A DNA stretch of 64,000 nt from Isurus oxyrinchus (taxonomy: Eukaryota), in NCBI GenBank assembly GCA_026770705.1, contig JANJGN010000026.1, positions 5,580,001 to 5,644,000 on the forward strand, in the 5' to 3' direction. The notes under the pieces were generated by a model. The model was not told the DNA's origin and ran no database searches. It worked only from the letters and a program-made list of their open reading frames with translations. Below, piece after piece: positions 50,561-62,690 of this stretch (the stretch's first letter is position 1; every line of letters begins with the position of its first letter). Made by a program: the position numbers and the translations under genes.

Positions 50561-51628
50561 GTTCTGCAATACTTTAGCAAGTTCACAGTTAGTTCAACGC
50601 AAAACGTGGATTTGGAACAGCTGTTCTTCGCCTTAGTGGTACAGGATAAAACTGCAGCTGTTGAAGGGTTTTCAGTTGCGCCAAATGTTAGTAGAGATCA
50701 TCATGATTCATTTAGAATTAGGGTAGCTTGTTTGTTTTGCATATGTCAGTGACGTTCCCAAACTCTTCACTGTGTGCTTATTGTGGTCTTATTGATATAG
50801 AAAAACGATAAGGCAGTGATCTGATATAAAATATTATGAGATGTAAGTGAAAATACACCATGACAATGTGCAACATAATATCTTAAATGCAAGGGAAATG
50901 GGTTTAAAATCCATTAGAGCGATTTTGCAAAGTTAATACTTAAATTTAAGCTATGGTGCATTGCACTGTAAGTGAGAAGAAACAGGAAGCAATACTTAAG
51001 TTGTGGTAAAAGGTACTTGAAGTGTTAACGCAATGGTATAAAGTACAGCTTACAGTATTAGGAGTGTTGATGCAGGCGTGTCAAATAGAATATAATATTT
51101 TGAATGGATGAGACAAAAGTTAAAATGCAATATAAATTATATGAAATGATCAGAAGGGCAGTGGTCCGAACAACAGCCCATGTGGAACTCGAAAATTAAC
51201 TTCCTCCAGTCTGAAACAAAACATATAACAGTTCAGCCCTGTTCCATCATTTCTGAATATTGACGCAAAGAGGTAGACAAACTGCACCTTTCTCTTTACC
51301 ACAGCACGTTTTAATTTTGCGATCAAGCCAATTCTATGACGCTTTATGAAATATCATTTGGGAGGTCATAGGAAACGCATCAACTATTGATCATTCACAA
51401 AGCCTCTCATTTACTTGTAGCTGAAAAGCATTTCATGTCGCTTATGTACATTTTGTTGCAATTATATAAAGGTATCGTTAGAAATATTTTATATTGCAAT
51501 CTAAAGTAATCGTTTTGGTTCGAGTTGCATTAATTAGCATAAGCATGAAAATGACTGCATTAATTTGTTTGTTCAGATGACTGTAACTAATATGCAAGCT
51601 AATTGCCCCCCTAGCGGTGAACGTTCGA

Positions 51629-51635
51629 TATAAAT
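51629..51635 (+). promoter_or_regulatory. TATA box candidate for the GPCR gene
   Basis: TATAAAT about 65 nt upstream of the exon-1 ATG. Confidence 0.45.
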
Positions 51636-51696
51636 GGCTGTGTAACGCAGATTAAATCAGAGGGAAGAGGACACCAGCATATTGCTCTCACAGAAA

Positions 51697-51766
51697 ATGC
51701 ATGCTCCAGGAAATGGACCAGTATTTGCCATTTATTATTCTGCTCTTGCTGCTTTCGGTGTTCCAG
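51697..51766 (+). pseudogene. Exon 1 of GPR139/GPR142-like GPCR (N-terminus and start of TM1)
   Basis: MHAPGNGPVFAIYYSALAAFGVP, then a phase-1 donor CCAG|GTAAG. It joins in frame to exon 2 as GVP-A-NLVTIVIL. Confidence 0.88.
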
Positions 51767-52649
51767 GTAAGCTTTTGAGGAAAGTGAAAAACTGGACAAT
51801 TCAATCTTTAACCGTGCCATCTATGAGTTGCTGATTGCTTACCACAGAGTTCACGTTTTTTCTCCCAACTGCCTTAGGACTATTCCATCCCATCATTGCA
51901 GTACCATTACTCTCCACTACGTGGCTTGTTGAAAGATAAATTGAACTCCGTCTCTATAATAAGGAACCCAGTTAGAATATGACTTTTTGTGGAATATTGT
52001 AAAGAAGTTGTGTTCTACAACATGCTGTTGCATGTTCAAGATGCATTATAATACATTCACGTCTACAGACATTGCTCTGGAACTGCATAAATTTATTCAC
52101 CTCTCACAGTTCCATGGAACTTGCTTTGACGATCATCCAATGCCCGATTTCCTTAAATCTGAATGGTACAGATATTTGTAGATGATAGAAATGCAACAAG
52201 AAATATTTAGATCGTGACGTTAATATTTTGGACAATGTAATGCAATCTGTGTACAAGTGGTTTAAGCTAGGTTCGAAGTACTGAAGCAGCTTGATATGAT
52301 TCTTTTCCTTCTGTTGTTGTTTCCAACTTTACAGAAGCTCCTTGTAAGATGTTGAACATTTTCAACAATTTTGGTTGGCACTCCTCATGTTTGCAGTTGC
52401 TATGATTGAATGGAGTGACGTTATCGTACTATTATAATTAATGAGATTTTCTGAAGACCATGAATAGATGCTGAAATCCTCGATTAACTTTAACTGGTTC
52501 AGCAGCGTTATCAATAAATCTAAGTTATTTTCCAGGTTGTGTGTGAACTTTCAGAGGCGAAGTTCATTTTACTAATATTCAGTCACTTGATTTCCCTGAA
52601 AAATAATGTCAAATTATACCGCTCCATCAGAAGGCAGTAAGTTGGAACT

Positions 52650-52960
52650 CCGCTACAAATCCCGAGTCTGCAATCCAGCTCTGTACTCCTGGTGCATTGC
52701 TAGAGAACTGGAACACCGTCAAGCCTGCCATCCTTCTGAAGAAGAGGTGAGCGGAGGTCGTTCTGCTTCTTCAATCAGAGGGACCCGTGCCACTGTTATA
52801 AGAGCAGATATCTCTGTCTGTGAATCATAAACAGCATTCCACCGGCAAGATATATTAGAAATAAATGCAGAGAAATCTCGAACCTCCCTCCCTACTTTAG
52901 CAGAACATCGCTGGCGATAACACCTCCCATTAATGGATTCAGTGCACTGCAAAATAACTG
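52650..52960 (+). mobile_element. Possible ancient DeuSINE-like remnant in the GPCR intron
   Basis: Weak similarity (from memory) to the shark SINE body: TGCCATCCTTCTGAAGA...GACCCGTGCCACTGTT..AAGAGCAG. Confidence 0.3.
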
Positions 52961-53494
52961 CTGATACGCCTTGACTTCTTTCCACAGGAGTAGAGGCCGA
53001 ATTCAATCGATACTGCTGGCGCAAGGCTTTCTTTTGAGTAACATTGATCCTTAATTATATGTATGACAACCTTCTTATTAACCATATATCAGTTCATGCC
53101 ATTCGCTTCATTCTACACTTATTACAGTTCTTCTGTAGTTCTTATTGTCATAACTTACTATGATTAAACATGAATCAATGCATTGTATTTTATTATAATT
53201 AATACTATGTTAACATTGTTATTCCGTCGATATATTGCCTTGCTAAATTATGTTCCTTCTATTTCAGTTATTTATAAAGTTTGCTTGAATCTACAAAAAA
53301 CGCTACATTTTATTTCATGTTCGGCATTCCTGTGTTATTTGGAACATTCATGTGTTTTGTTGGACAACGAGTAATACATTGGTAGACCAAGCAGTTTCGG
53401 TGTTGACTCGTACAAGTTTCATACCATTCTGCCGCCAAGCGAAGTTGCAACTGTGACTCTGATTACGAACTCCGTCCTTCTCTCTGTCTTGCAG

Positions 53495-54477
53495 CTAACT
53501 TGGTGACGATTGTGATCCTGTGCCGAGGAAGGTGCGGTCTGTCCAGATGTATCACTTACTACCTGGTGTCCATGGCAGTGACTGATCTCCTTGTCATTAT
53601 CACTGCTGTGATATTAAGCCGGCTTCGTACTATCTATTTCCCACTTAGTTTCCTCTCCATTACCCCTGCCTGCAGCCTAGTTGTTGGCCTCAGCTGCACT
53701 TCCAGAGACAGTTCTGTTTGGTTAACTGTCGCTTTCACTTTCGATCGCTTCATAGCCATTTGCTCCCAGCAGCTGAAATTGAAATACTGCACTAGAAAAA
53801 CAGCAGCTGTGGTTAGTGGAATGGTCTGTGTCCTGTTCTGTTTCAAAAACGCCCCTTTTTACTTCATATATGAACCTATCTATGTCATCAATAACGTACC
53901 TTGGCACTGCAGCATGAAGGAAATCATTTTTGTTTCCATCCCATGGACAGTGTTTGCCTGGTTGGACCGTATTCTAACCCCATGTCTCCCTTTCATCTTG
54001 ATTTTCCTGCTCAATATACTGACTGTCAGATACGTTCTATCAGTCAGTTGAGCCCGGGGGAGACTCCGAGCACAAAACAATAGACAGACTCAGAGTGACC
54101 CAGAGATGGAGAGCCGCAGAAAGTCCATCATTTTACTCTTCACCATCTCGGGCAGCTTCCTCCTGCTTTGGTTGACATATGTTGTAAATTTCCTAGTTGT
54201 ACGAATTACAGGTAATAATTATTCTATTGGCTCTAATTCCAATGGTCTGAAATTTATTCTGCAGGAAAGCGGGTACATGCTGCAACTCTTGAGTTCCTGC
54301 ACCAATACGTGTATTTATGCAGGGACCCAGAGTAAATTCAGAGGAGAGTTGAGGGACGCAGTTAAATACAACTTCAATCTAATAACGAATGGCATTAACG
54401 GTGAACATAGTTTTAGATATTGTTGCAGTAATTCTGTCCCTGCTTCGAATTGCAATAAAGAAGAGCATAAAGTTTAG
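53495..54477 (+). pseudogene. Exon 2 of GPR139/GPR142-like rhodopsin-class GPCR with one premature stop
   Basis: Acceptor TCTCTGTCTTGCAG|. Contains NLVTIVILCRGRCGLSRCITYYLVSMAVTDLLV, VAFTFDRFIAIC, TPCLPF, then TGA at 54049-54051. The same frame continues ARGRLRAQNNRQTQSDPEMESRRKSIILLF...SSCTNTCIYAGTQSKFR to TAG at 54477. Spliced length is 351 codons, with the stop at codon 209. Confidence 0.92.
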
Positions 54478-54742
54478 TCAGCATTCGGCCGACCTGTACA
54501 CGGTTGGTTCAATTCTATTATTCTCCTTAATATTCATAAATTTATGCATGCCTGAGCGGCTGGTATTGTGTTATTTTTGGTTAAATTTATTAAACAGTGG
54601 GAAGAATTTCCATTATCAATACGAGTTGACCCTGTTTTATTCTCAATCTCTTCACCTCGGTGATAATCACAGGTTGAAGCCGGTTTGCATCTTTCACCAC
54701 CAGGATCCAGTGGCTAACAGAAACAGTGCATTTGGGAAGTAA

Positions 54743-54977
54743 AAACAAAAAACTGCGGATGCTGGAAATCCAAAACAAAAACAGAATTACCTGGAAACCT
54801 GAGCAGGTTTCGCAGCATCGGTGGAGAAGAAAATAATTGACGTTTCGAGTCCTCATGACCCTTCAACAGAACTGAGTCCCAGTTCTGTTGAAGGGTCATG
54901 AGGACTCGAAACGTCAACTCTTTTCTTCTTCGCCGATGCTGCCAAACCTGCTGAGTTTTTCCAGGTAATTCTGTTTT
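54743..54977. mobile_element. Palindromic Penelope-type short element with two opposed hammerhead motifs, 14-bp TSD
   Basis: Arms 54778-54874 and 54880-54977 (inner 38 bp perfect, 5-nt loop AGTCC). TSD CATTTGGGAAGTAA at 54729-54742 and 54978-54991. Confidence 0.93.
54881..54919 (+). ncRNA. Minimal hammerhead ribozyme-like motif (core variant CUGUUGA); mirror copy on the minus strand at ~54835-54873
   Basis: AGTT-CTGTTGA-AGGGTC-ATGAG-GACTC-GAAAC-GTC-AACT. Confidence 0.6.
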
Positions 54978-55117
54978 CATTTGGGAAGTAAGTTCACCTC
55001 AGTCCTGTTTGGTTCTGCTGGTTTTCAGGCTATTCCAAATTCCCAACTCTCCCGTTCGCCTTGGTCCTGGTGTGCGAAATTCTGATGTCATTACACAGAG
55101 GGGGCTTGTGTATGTAC

Positions 55118-55362
55118 TGCTGAGAACATCCAGCAGAGGATGGGTCAGTAAAGGTGTGTGGGATTAATTCTGAGAGCATCCAGCAGAGGGTAGATCAGTA
55201 CAGGAGTGTGTGTGTAATTCTGAGAGCATCCAGCAGAGGATGGGTCAGTAAAGGCGTATGGGTGTCATTCTGAGAGCATCCAGCAGAGGCTGGGTAAGTA
55301 AAGGTTGCGTGTGTAATTGTGAGAGCATCCAGCAGGGGGTAGACCAGACAAGATGTGTGTGT

Positions 55363-55417
<55 letters not shown>

Positions 55418-55649
55418 TGTGAGAGCATCCAGCAGAGGGTGGGTCAGTAAAGTGGTGTGTGTAATTCTTAGACCATCCAGCAGAGGGTAGATCAGTAAAG
55501 GAGTGTGTGAGTAATTCTGAGAGCATCCAGCAGAGGATGGGTCAGTAAAGGCGTGTGCGTGTAATTCTGAGAGCATCCAACAGAGCATGGGTAAGTAAAG
55601 GTGTGTGTGTATAATTGTGAGAGCATCCAGCAGGGGGTAGATCAGAAAT

Positions 55650-55684
<35 letters not shown>

Positions 55685-55822
55685 AATTGTGAGAGCATCC
55701 AGCAGAGGGTGGGTCAATAAAGTGGTGTGCGTAATTCTTAGAGCATCCAGCAGAGGGTGGGTCAGTAAAGTGGTGTGTGTAACTCTTAGAGCATCCAGCA
55801 GGGGGTCGGTCAGTAAAGGTGA
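55118..55822. repeat. ~50-bp minisatellite (GTAATTCTGAGAGCATCCAGCAGAGGGTGGGTCAGTAAAGGTGTGTGT) with embedded (GT)n expansions
   Basis: GAGAGCATCC at 55171, 55222, 55272, 55321 and onward. Confidence 0.92.
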
Positions 55823-57788
55823 ATAGGGAAACCAGAGCTGCATTGCAGATTGATATAATATCTGTGTTTTAACCCTATACCTGGGGAAATTGGAGCCAAT
55901 GTCTCCTTTGTTTATTGCCCTTGTTAACCTGATTACTATTGAAAGTGATGTGTTAACCTGTACCTATGGAATCTGCTCATCCTGTTGTAAACTTTACCAA
56001 TGATGTCCAATTTGATATTTTAAATGCTGTAAGTGCCTGATGAGTAGAATCACTTATTGTCTAACGGTTCAGTCTGTAATATTGCGGTGAATGAAGTCAG
56101 TGAAATGGAACCAATTGCTGTCAGCGTCTTTATCACATTGTGTGAAATCCCCAGATTCAATGTTTCAAATCCAGAATGAAACGCAGCTTGATATCCACAG
56201 GAGAAACTCTGTTTTCGAACATCCGAGTGGGCAGAATTGGGAAAGATCCCATCTGCAAGAAATTCTCAAATCACCTGTAAATATCTTCCAGATGTTGACG
56301 GCTTCCAATGCATTGTGAAATGAGCTGTTATATTGCAGCTCCATGTTTAATCTGAAAGACAAAGTGAGATCCCAGAGGATCAAGGTTAGTGCTATGAGTG
56401 TTGGCACAAAGAGAGTTGAGCGAAACTGTTTGACTACAGTGGCTCTCACATTCCTGAGCTGTGAGCACACAGCTTGATTTGAGTGGGAGATTGGGAGGCG
56501 AGAGTATCAATGCAGAAATGAAACTCAGAAGTCATTCTCTTGAAAGCTGGAAGCTGAGTAGAGCTGTTGCTCATTGAATACATGGCAAAGTCTGCAGGAG
56601 ATCTGGGAATATTGTTCTGCAGTGCTGCCTGTCTGGTCGCTGTAACACAAGGCTTCAGAGAATGTTTGATATGAAATGAGAATTGTAAATCTAAGCAATC
56701 TGTAATTACGTTGAAGTCACTCGGAGTGTTGCACACGGGATTGAAAGAAACTGAACCGTATTGCACTTTATGTCAACCTGAAAGCCATCTAATGTTGCCT
56801 CACAGATTTCCTGAATACAGTGTATTTTTTTAGAAAGCTAATTGCACAGTTTCCAGCCTTGTTGCTCTACAGTACAGGAGTGAATATTTCTCTCAGCGTG
56901 TGTGTCCGTGTGTGTACGCCTGGGTTCAGCCCAAAGAGTCCTCGGGGATAAGCCTGGGCATAAACCAGTGCAGCTCGATTCAGAACAGCTTGGTGAAGGC
57001 AGATCGCAGTATTTCATCTCTCCTGTTCCTACATCTGACCACAGAACAGATCCACTTTAAATATTTCCCCCTCCCCCACCCCTGCTCCTTGTGTTCAATG
57101 CTTTCAGTGTTTAAACTTTTGCCAACTCTGATCTCAGATCCCTGCTCTGAAATATTAAACCTGTTGCAGTCTCATTGGCACCGATAAGATTTGAAATAGA
57201 AAGAGCTGCACACACCCAGGGTGTCCAATGGGTACAGAGGTGGTCTAGAACAGACGAAGTGTAATTGCAAATTTAGTCAGTAACACACACTATGGGAAGA
57301 AAGTGATGAAGTTTGAATCTTATGGAATATAAAAAAGCTGCGGGTGCAGGGAAAACTCCTTTTTTTATTTCAGTAGGAACGAGTTGTGGAAGGAATGTTC
57401 CTGAGCTGCTTTCTGCTGAATTTAAAGTTGAAAACTCATTCAGTTACTTCCTTCCTGAGGTATGAGGCTGGTGTGGAGGTTGGGGTGGGGGAAAGGGAGA
57501 GACAGACAGATAGACAGAGAGAAAGAGAGAGATTGCCCTGGGTTAAATCATTTGCCTGGTGACTTCCATCCCCGCAGTCACACAGAGATTCCTGTTGCTC
57601 TGTGCCACACTTGAGGTAGGTGTGTCTCAGGTGTCGATAGCTGAATGTTGGTTGGAGGGGGAGGTGTGGAGTGTTTGAATGGCAATTATGGGAGTATAAA
57701 ATATCTGGAGCGACCATTGCTCTTTCTCCTGACCATGCGGCATTGTGGGAGTAATGGTGTCTGTGTCAGGTTAGTATATATCTCTGTC

Positions 57789-57790
<2 letters not shown>

Positions 57791-57844
<54 letters not shown>

Positions 57845-57862
57845 TGTGTGTGTGTGTGTGTG
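57791..57862. repeat. (TG)n microsatellite
   Basis: Near-perfect dinucleotide run. Confidence 0.97.
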
Positions 57863-58029
57863 CCTGAACCATGTCCCAGTTCTGATCTTTTAAACCCCCC
57901 ACCCAGACCAAACCCCCAGGATCTCTCCTCCGAACCATGGGAGAGGGGACGGAAGGAGTGTGAGTCCATCAGGTGAACTCAGGACCTGTGGATTTTTGAG
58001 TATGAAGCCTTTTAATTTTTCGCCTTACC

Positions 58030-61000
58030 TTTTTCTGCCTCTCACTCTCTCTCTGTTTCCCTCTCTCTGCAAAACTCTCTCTCTCTCTGTCTCTCTCTTT
58101 CTCTGTCTCTCTCTCCCTGCCTCAGTCTATCTCTGCCTCCCTCCCTCTCTGCCTTGCTCTCTCTCTGCACGTCTGATCCTCCATACCCCTCTTTGCCTCT
58201 CACTGTATATTCCCCTCGCTCTTTCTCGTCTTTTCCGACTTTTTCTCTGTCCCCCGTTTTGGATCACTTTTTACCTCTATATGTTTCTTGCTCTCTCTTT
58301 TCCCCCTCTCTCCCATTCCCCCTGTCATTTCTCTGGGTCCCTTTCCCTTCTGTCTCTCTTTCTATCTCTATTCTATCCCTTTTCTGTCTCTTTATTCTGT
58401 CTCCTTTCTCTGTCTCTTTATTCTGTCCCTTTATTCTGTTTCCTTTCTCTGTCTCTTTATTCTGTCTCTTTATTCTGTCCCTTTATTCTGTCTCCTTTCT
58501 CTGTCTCTTTATTCTGTCTCTTTATTCTGTCCCTTTATTCTGTCTCCTTTCCCTGTCACTGCATTCTGTAGCTTTATTCTGCCTCTTAATTCTGTTTCCT
58601 TTCTCTGTCTCTTTATTCTGCCTTTTTATTTTCCCTCTTTATTCTGTCTCCTTTCTCTGTCTCTTTATTCTTCCTGTTTATTTTCCCTCTTTATTCTGTC
58701 TCCATTCTCTGTCTCCTTATTCTGTCTCTTTTATCTGTCTCTTTATTCTGCCTCTTTATTGTGTCTCCTTTCTCTCTCTCTTTATTCTGCCTCTTCATTC
58801 TGTCTCTTTTCTGTCTCTCCTCTTTATTCTATCTTTTTTCTCTGTCTCCTTTCTCTGTCACTTTATTCTGTCTATTTTCTCTATTCTCTCTCTTTATTCT
58901 GTCTCCTTTCTCTGTCCCTTTAATCTGTCTCTTTACTGTCTCTTTTCTCTATCTCCTTTCTCTGTCACTTTATACTGTCTCCTTTCTCTGTCTTTTTATT
59001 CTGTCTCTTTATTCTGTCTCTTTATCCTGTCACTTTAATCTGTCTCTTTTCTCTGTCTCTTTATTCTGTCTCTTTATTCTGTCTCTTTATTCTGTCTCTT
59101 TATTCTGTCTCTTTATTCTGTCTCTTTATTCTGTCTCTTTATTCTGTCTCTTTATTCTGTCTCTTTATTCTATACCCCTTCTCTGTGTCTTTATTCTGTA
59201 TCTTTATTATGCCTCTTTATTCTGTCACCTTTCTCTGTCTCTTAATTCTGTATCTTTATTCTGTGTCTTTTCTCTGTCCCTTTATTCTGCCTCTTTATTG
59301 TGATTCCTTTCTCTCTCTCTCTTTTGTCTGTCTCTTTATTCTGCCTCTTTCCTATTTCTCCTCTTTATTCTGTCTTTTTTCTCTGTCTCCTGTATCTTTC
59401 ACTTTATTCTGTCTATTTTCTCTATTCTGTCTCCTTTATTCTGTCTCCTTATTCTGTCTCTTTCCTGTCTTTTTTCTCTGTCACCTTTGTCACTTTATTC
59501 TGTCTCTTTTCTCTATTCTGTCTCTTTATTCTGTTTCCTTTCTCTGTTTCCTTCTTCTGTCACTTTATTCTGCCAATTTTTTTCTGTCTCTTTAATCCAT
59601 CTCTTTATTCTGTCTCTTTGTCTATTTATTCTGCCTATTTAATCGTTCTGTGTTTTTATTCTGCCTCTATTCTTTCTGTCTCTTCATTCTGCCTCTTTAT
59701 TCTTTCTATCTCTTTATTCTGTCTTCTTTCTCTGCCTCCTTATTCTGTCTGTTTATTCTGTCTCCTTTCTCTGTGTCTTTATTCTGTCTCCCTTTCCCTG
59801 TCTCTTTATTCTGTCTCTTATCTCTGTCTCCTTTCTCTGTCTCTTTATTCTGTCCCTTTATTCAGTCTCCTTTCTCTGTCTCTTTATTCTGTCTCTTTAT
59901 TCAGTCTCCTTTCTCTGTCTCTTTATTCTGTCTCTTTATTCTGTCCCTTTATTCTGTCTCCTTTCCCTGTCACTGTATTCTGTAGCTTTATTCTGCCTCT
60001 TAACTCTGTTTCCTTTCTCTGTCTCTTTATTCTGTCTCCTTTCTCTGTCTCTTTATTCTGCCTTTTTATTTTCCCTCTTTATTCTGTCTCCATTCTCTGT
60101 CTCCTTATTCTGTCTCTTTTATCTGTCTCTTTATTCTGCCTCTTTAGTGTGTCTCCTTTCACACTCTCTTTATTCTGCCTCTTCATTCTGTCTCTCCTCT
60201 TTATTCTGTCTTTTTTCTCTGTCTCCTTTCTCTGTCCCTTTATTCTGTCTTTTTTCTCTATTGTCTCTTTATTCTGTCTCTTTATTCTGTCTCTTTAATT
60301 TGTCTCTTTATTCTGTCCCTTTAATTTGTCTTTTCTCTGTCTCTTTATTCTGTCTCTTTATTCTATACCCCTTCTCTGTGTCTTTATTCTGCATCTTTAT
60401 TATACCTCTTTATTCTGTCACTTTTCTCTGTCTCTTTATTCTGTATCTTTATTCTGTGTCTTTTCTCTGTCCCTTTATTCTGCCTCTTTATTGTGATTCC
60501 TTTCTCTCTCTCTTTTTTTCTGTCTCTTTATTCTGCCTCTTTCCTATTTCTCCTCTTTATTCTGTCTTTTTTCTCTGTCTCATTTATCTTTCACATTATT
60601 CTGTCTATTTTCTCTATTCTGTCTCCTGTATTCTGTCTCTTTATTCTGTCTCTTTCCTGCCTTTTTTCTCTGTCTCCTTTGTCACTTTATTCTGTCTCTT
60701 TTTCTATTCTGTCTCTTTATTGTGTTTCCTTCTTCTGTTTCCTTCTTCTGTCACTTTATTCTGTCAATTTGTTCTGTCTCTTTAATCCATCTCTTCATTA
60801 TGTCTCTTTGCCTATTTATTCTGCCTATTTAATCGTTCTGTGTTTTTATTCTGCCTCTATCCTTTCAGTCTCTTCATTCTGCCTCTTTATTCTTTCTATC
60901 TCTTTATTCTGTCTCCTTTCTCTGCCTCTTTATTCTGTCTGTTTATTTTGTCTCCTTTTCTGTCATTTTTCTCTTTATTCCTTTCACTCCATTCTTTCTA
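58030..61000. repeat. Pyrimidine-rich 13-bp minisatellite (TCTGTCTCTTTAT)n with an internal 1.2-1.4 kb duplication
   Basis: Near-perfect run at ~59055-59170. Unique landmarks are duplicated at 58551/59965 and ~59633/60823. Confidence 0.92.
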
Positions 61001-61004
61001 CCTC

Positions 61005-61612
61005 ATCACCCCCGTGAAATCCCCTTCCCATGCAATTTCTCCCCCTGCAAAACAAACCCTCCTGTGCATTACCAGCCCCCCCTGCAATTTACACCCCTGC
61101 ACAAAATTGAACACCCCCCGGCAAATTATCCCCCCAGCAAAATCCACTCTCCCCGCAAATTACCCCCTTCAAAATTCTCCCCCGCAAAAATCCCCCTCCA
61201 GCAATTTCTCCCCCCTGCAAAATTCCCTCCACCAGCAAATTACCACCCTACAAAATTCTCCCAAAAATATCCCCCCCTGCAGTTATGCCCTGCCACAAAA
61301 TTCTACCCCGCCCCCCACCAAATCCCCCCTAGCAATTTTTCACCCCTGCAATTTGTCCCCCCCTGCAAAATCAACCCCCCTGTAATTTCTCCCCCACCGC
61401 AAATTACCCCCCCCAAGACATTACCCTCCCTGCAAAATTCCCCCTGCAAATTGCCGCACCCCACAATCTCTTCACATCCAAATTTCTACACCCACAATTC
61501 GTCCCCCCACAAATTACCCCCCACACAAATCATCTTCCCCCACTGCAATATCTCTCCCCGCAAAATACCCCCTGGAATTTCTCCCTACCCCCCAAATGCT
61601 CCCCCACTGCAA
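61005..61612. repeat. C-rich degenerate tandem repeat (CCCCCTGCAAAATT-like)
   Basis: C4-7 runs every ~15-20 nt; the minus strand is rich in G-tracts. Confidence 0.85.
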
Positions 61613-61896
61613 TAGAGACAGACAGTTATATTGGGGTCTCTGCCACACCGTCTCTCAACTTTGACCCCCTGAGTAACACCCTCATTCCCCCTCCACCCCC
61701 CTCCACTGACCCCAATTGTGGGTGTGAAATTTCCACGCGTTCTTTCTCTGGGCAGAAGAATGAGTGACAAAGACAAGGATACATTCATATTTATTTTTCT
61801 CTCCGGTTATAGCTCTTGCCTGAGGATTCCTGGCGGCAAAATGGTTTTCTGTCTGCATCGTCAAATCTGCAGCTTCCAAATTAATTCTCCCTGGGG

Positions 61897-61930
<34 letters not shown>

Positions 61931-62594
61931 TGGAAATTGATTAAAATAAAGCATAAAGATGATTGAAACAAAGAAAACACAGCAAGATCCCAGGACTCCT
62001 CTCACTCACATCCAAAATCTCGGTTAGTAAGGTGAGGCGAGGGAAAAATTTTATACACACTTCCCCTGTTATTGAAACCAGACACTGGGGGCAAAAGATT
62101 TCAAATGAGTTGAAGTTGCACAAACACTGCTCATTCTCTCTCCGTCCCTCCTCCATTCACTGCCCCCACCCCCTCTACCTCTTCACTCCAGGGCTGCTGC
62201 TGTTTGGACACAAAATATTCACATTGCACTTTCGACTTCTAATACTCACCTCTGCCCCCTCTCTCTCTCTCCCCCTGTTTCTTTCCCCTTCTCTCCCTCT
62301 CTCTCTCCCTCTCTCGCTCTCTCTCACTCTGTTTCTCTGCCCCTCTTCCTGTACCTATCTAGCCTTCCCCTATCTATGCTCAGCTTTCCCCCTCTCCTAC
62401 TCAATAATTTATCACTATTTCTGATTTCCTTCTCTTCCTCGGGATCAATCTTGATTTAAATGCTCTCTGGAAACTGTGTGTCTCACCTATTTAAATAATG
62501 ACGCACTGTGGCAATGTTTTATATTTATCGATTATTTACATAGAAAAATGATGGGGATAGGAAATGGGAGCAATCCTCAATCAGTCCACCAGTA

Positions 62595-62690
62595 AACTGA
62601 ATTCTGGGAGGGCAGCCACGGTTGCAGTGCAGGACAGGCTGCAGGCCAGACACGGACAGCAAGATCCCAGAAGCAAAGTGATGTTAGTCA
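62595..62690 (-). mobile_element. DeuSINE-like (SacSINE1/AmnSINE1-type) core remnant
   Basis: The minus strand TCACTTTGCTTCTGGGATCTTGCTGTCCGTG...TCCTGCACTGCAACCGTGGCTGC resembles the recalled core TCACATTGCTGTTTGTGGGATCTTGCTGTGCG...TCCTACATTACAACAGTGACTAC. Confidence 0.4.

Noticed and set aside
53255-53340. Possible second, decayed GPCR exon 1 (TFYFMFGIPV) in the intron
   Set aside because: The match is short, has no consistent frame and no strong donor, and is compatible with chance in AT-rich DNA.
54049-54051. Selenocysteine or programmed readthrough at the GPCR TGA
   Set aside because: The context TGA-GCC is not a readthrough motif and no SECIS was recognised. CpG decay of an Arg codon is simpler.
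57960-61017. Long hydrophobic ORFs (up to 332 aa) resembling membrane proteins
   Set aside because: They are translations of the (TCTGTCTCTTTAT)n repeat, which is stop-poor on this strand.
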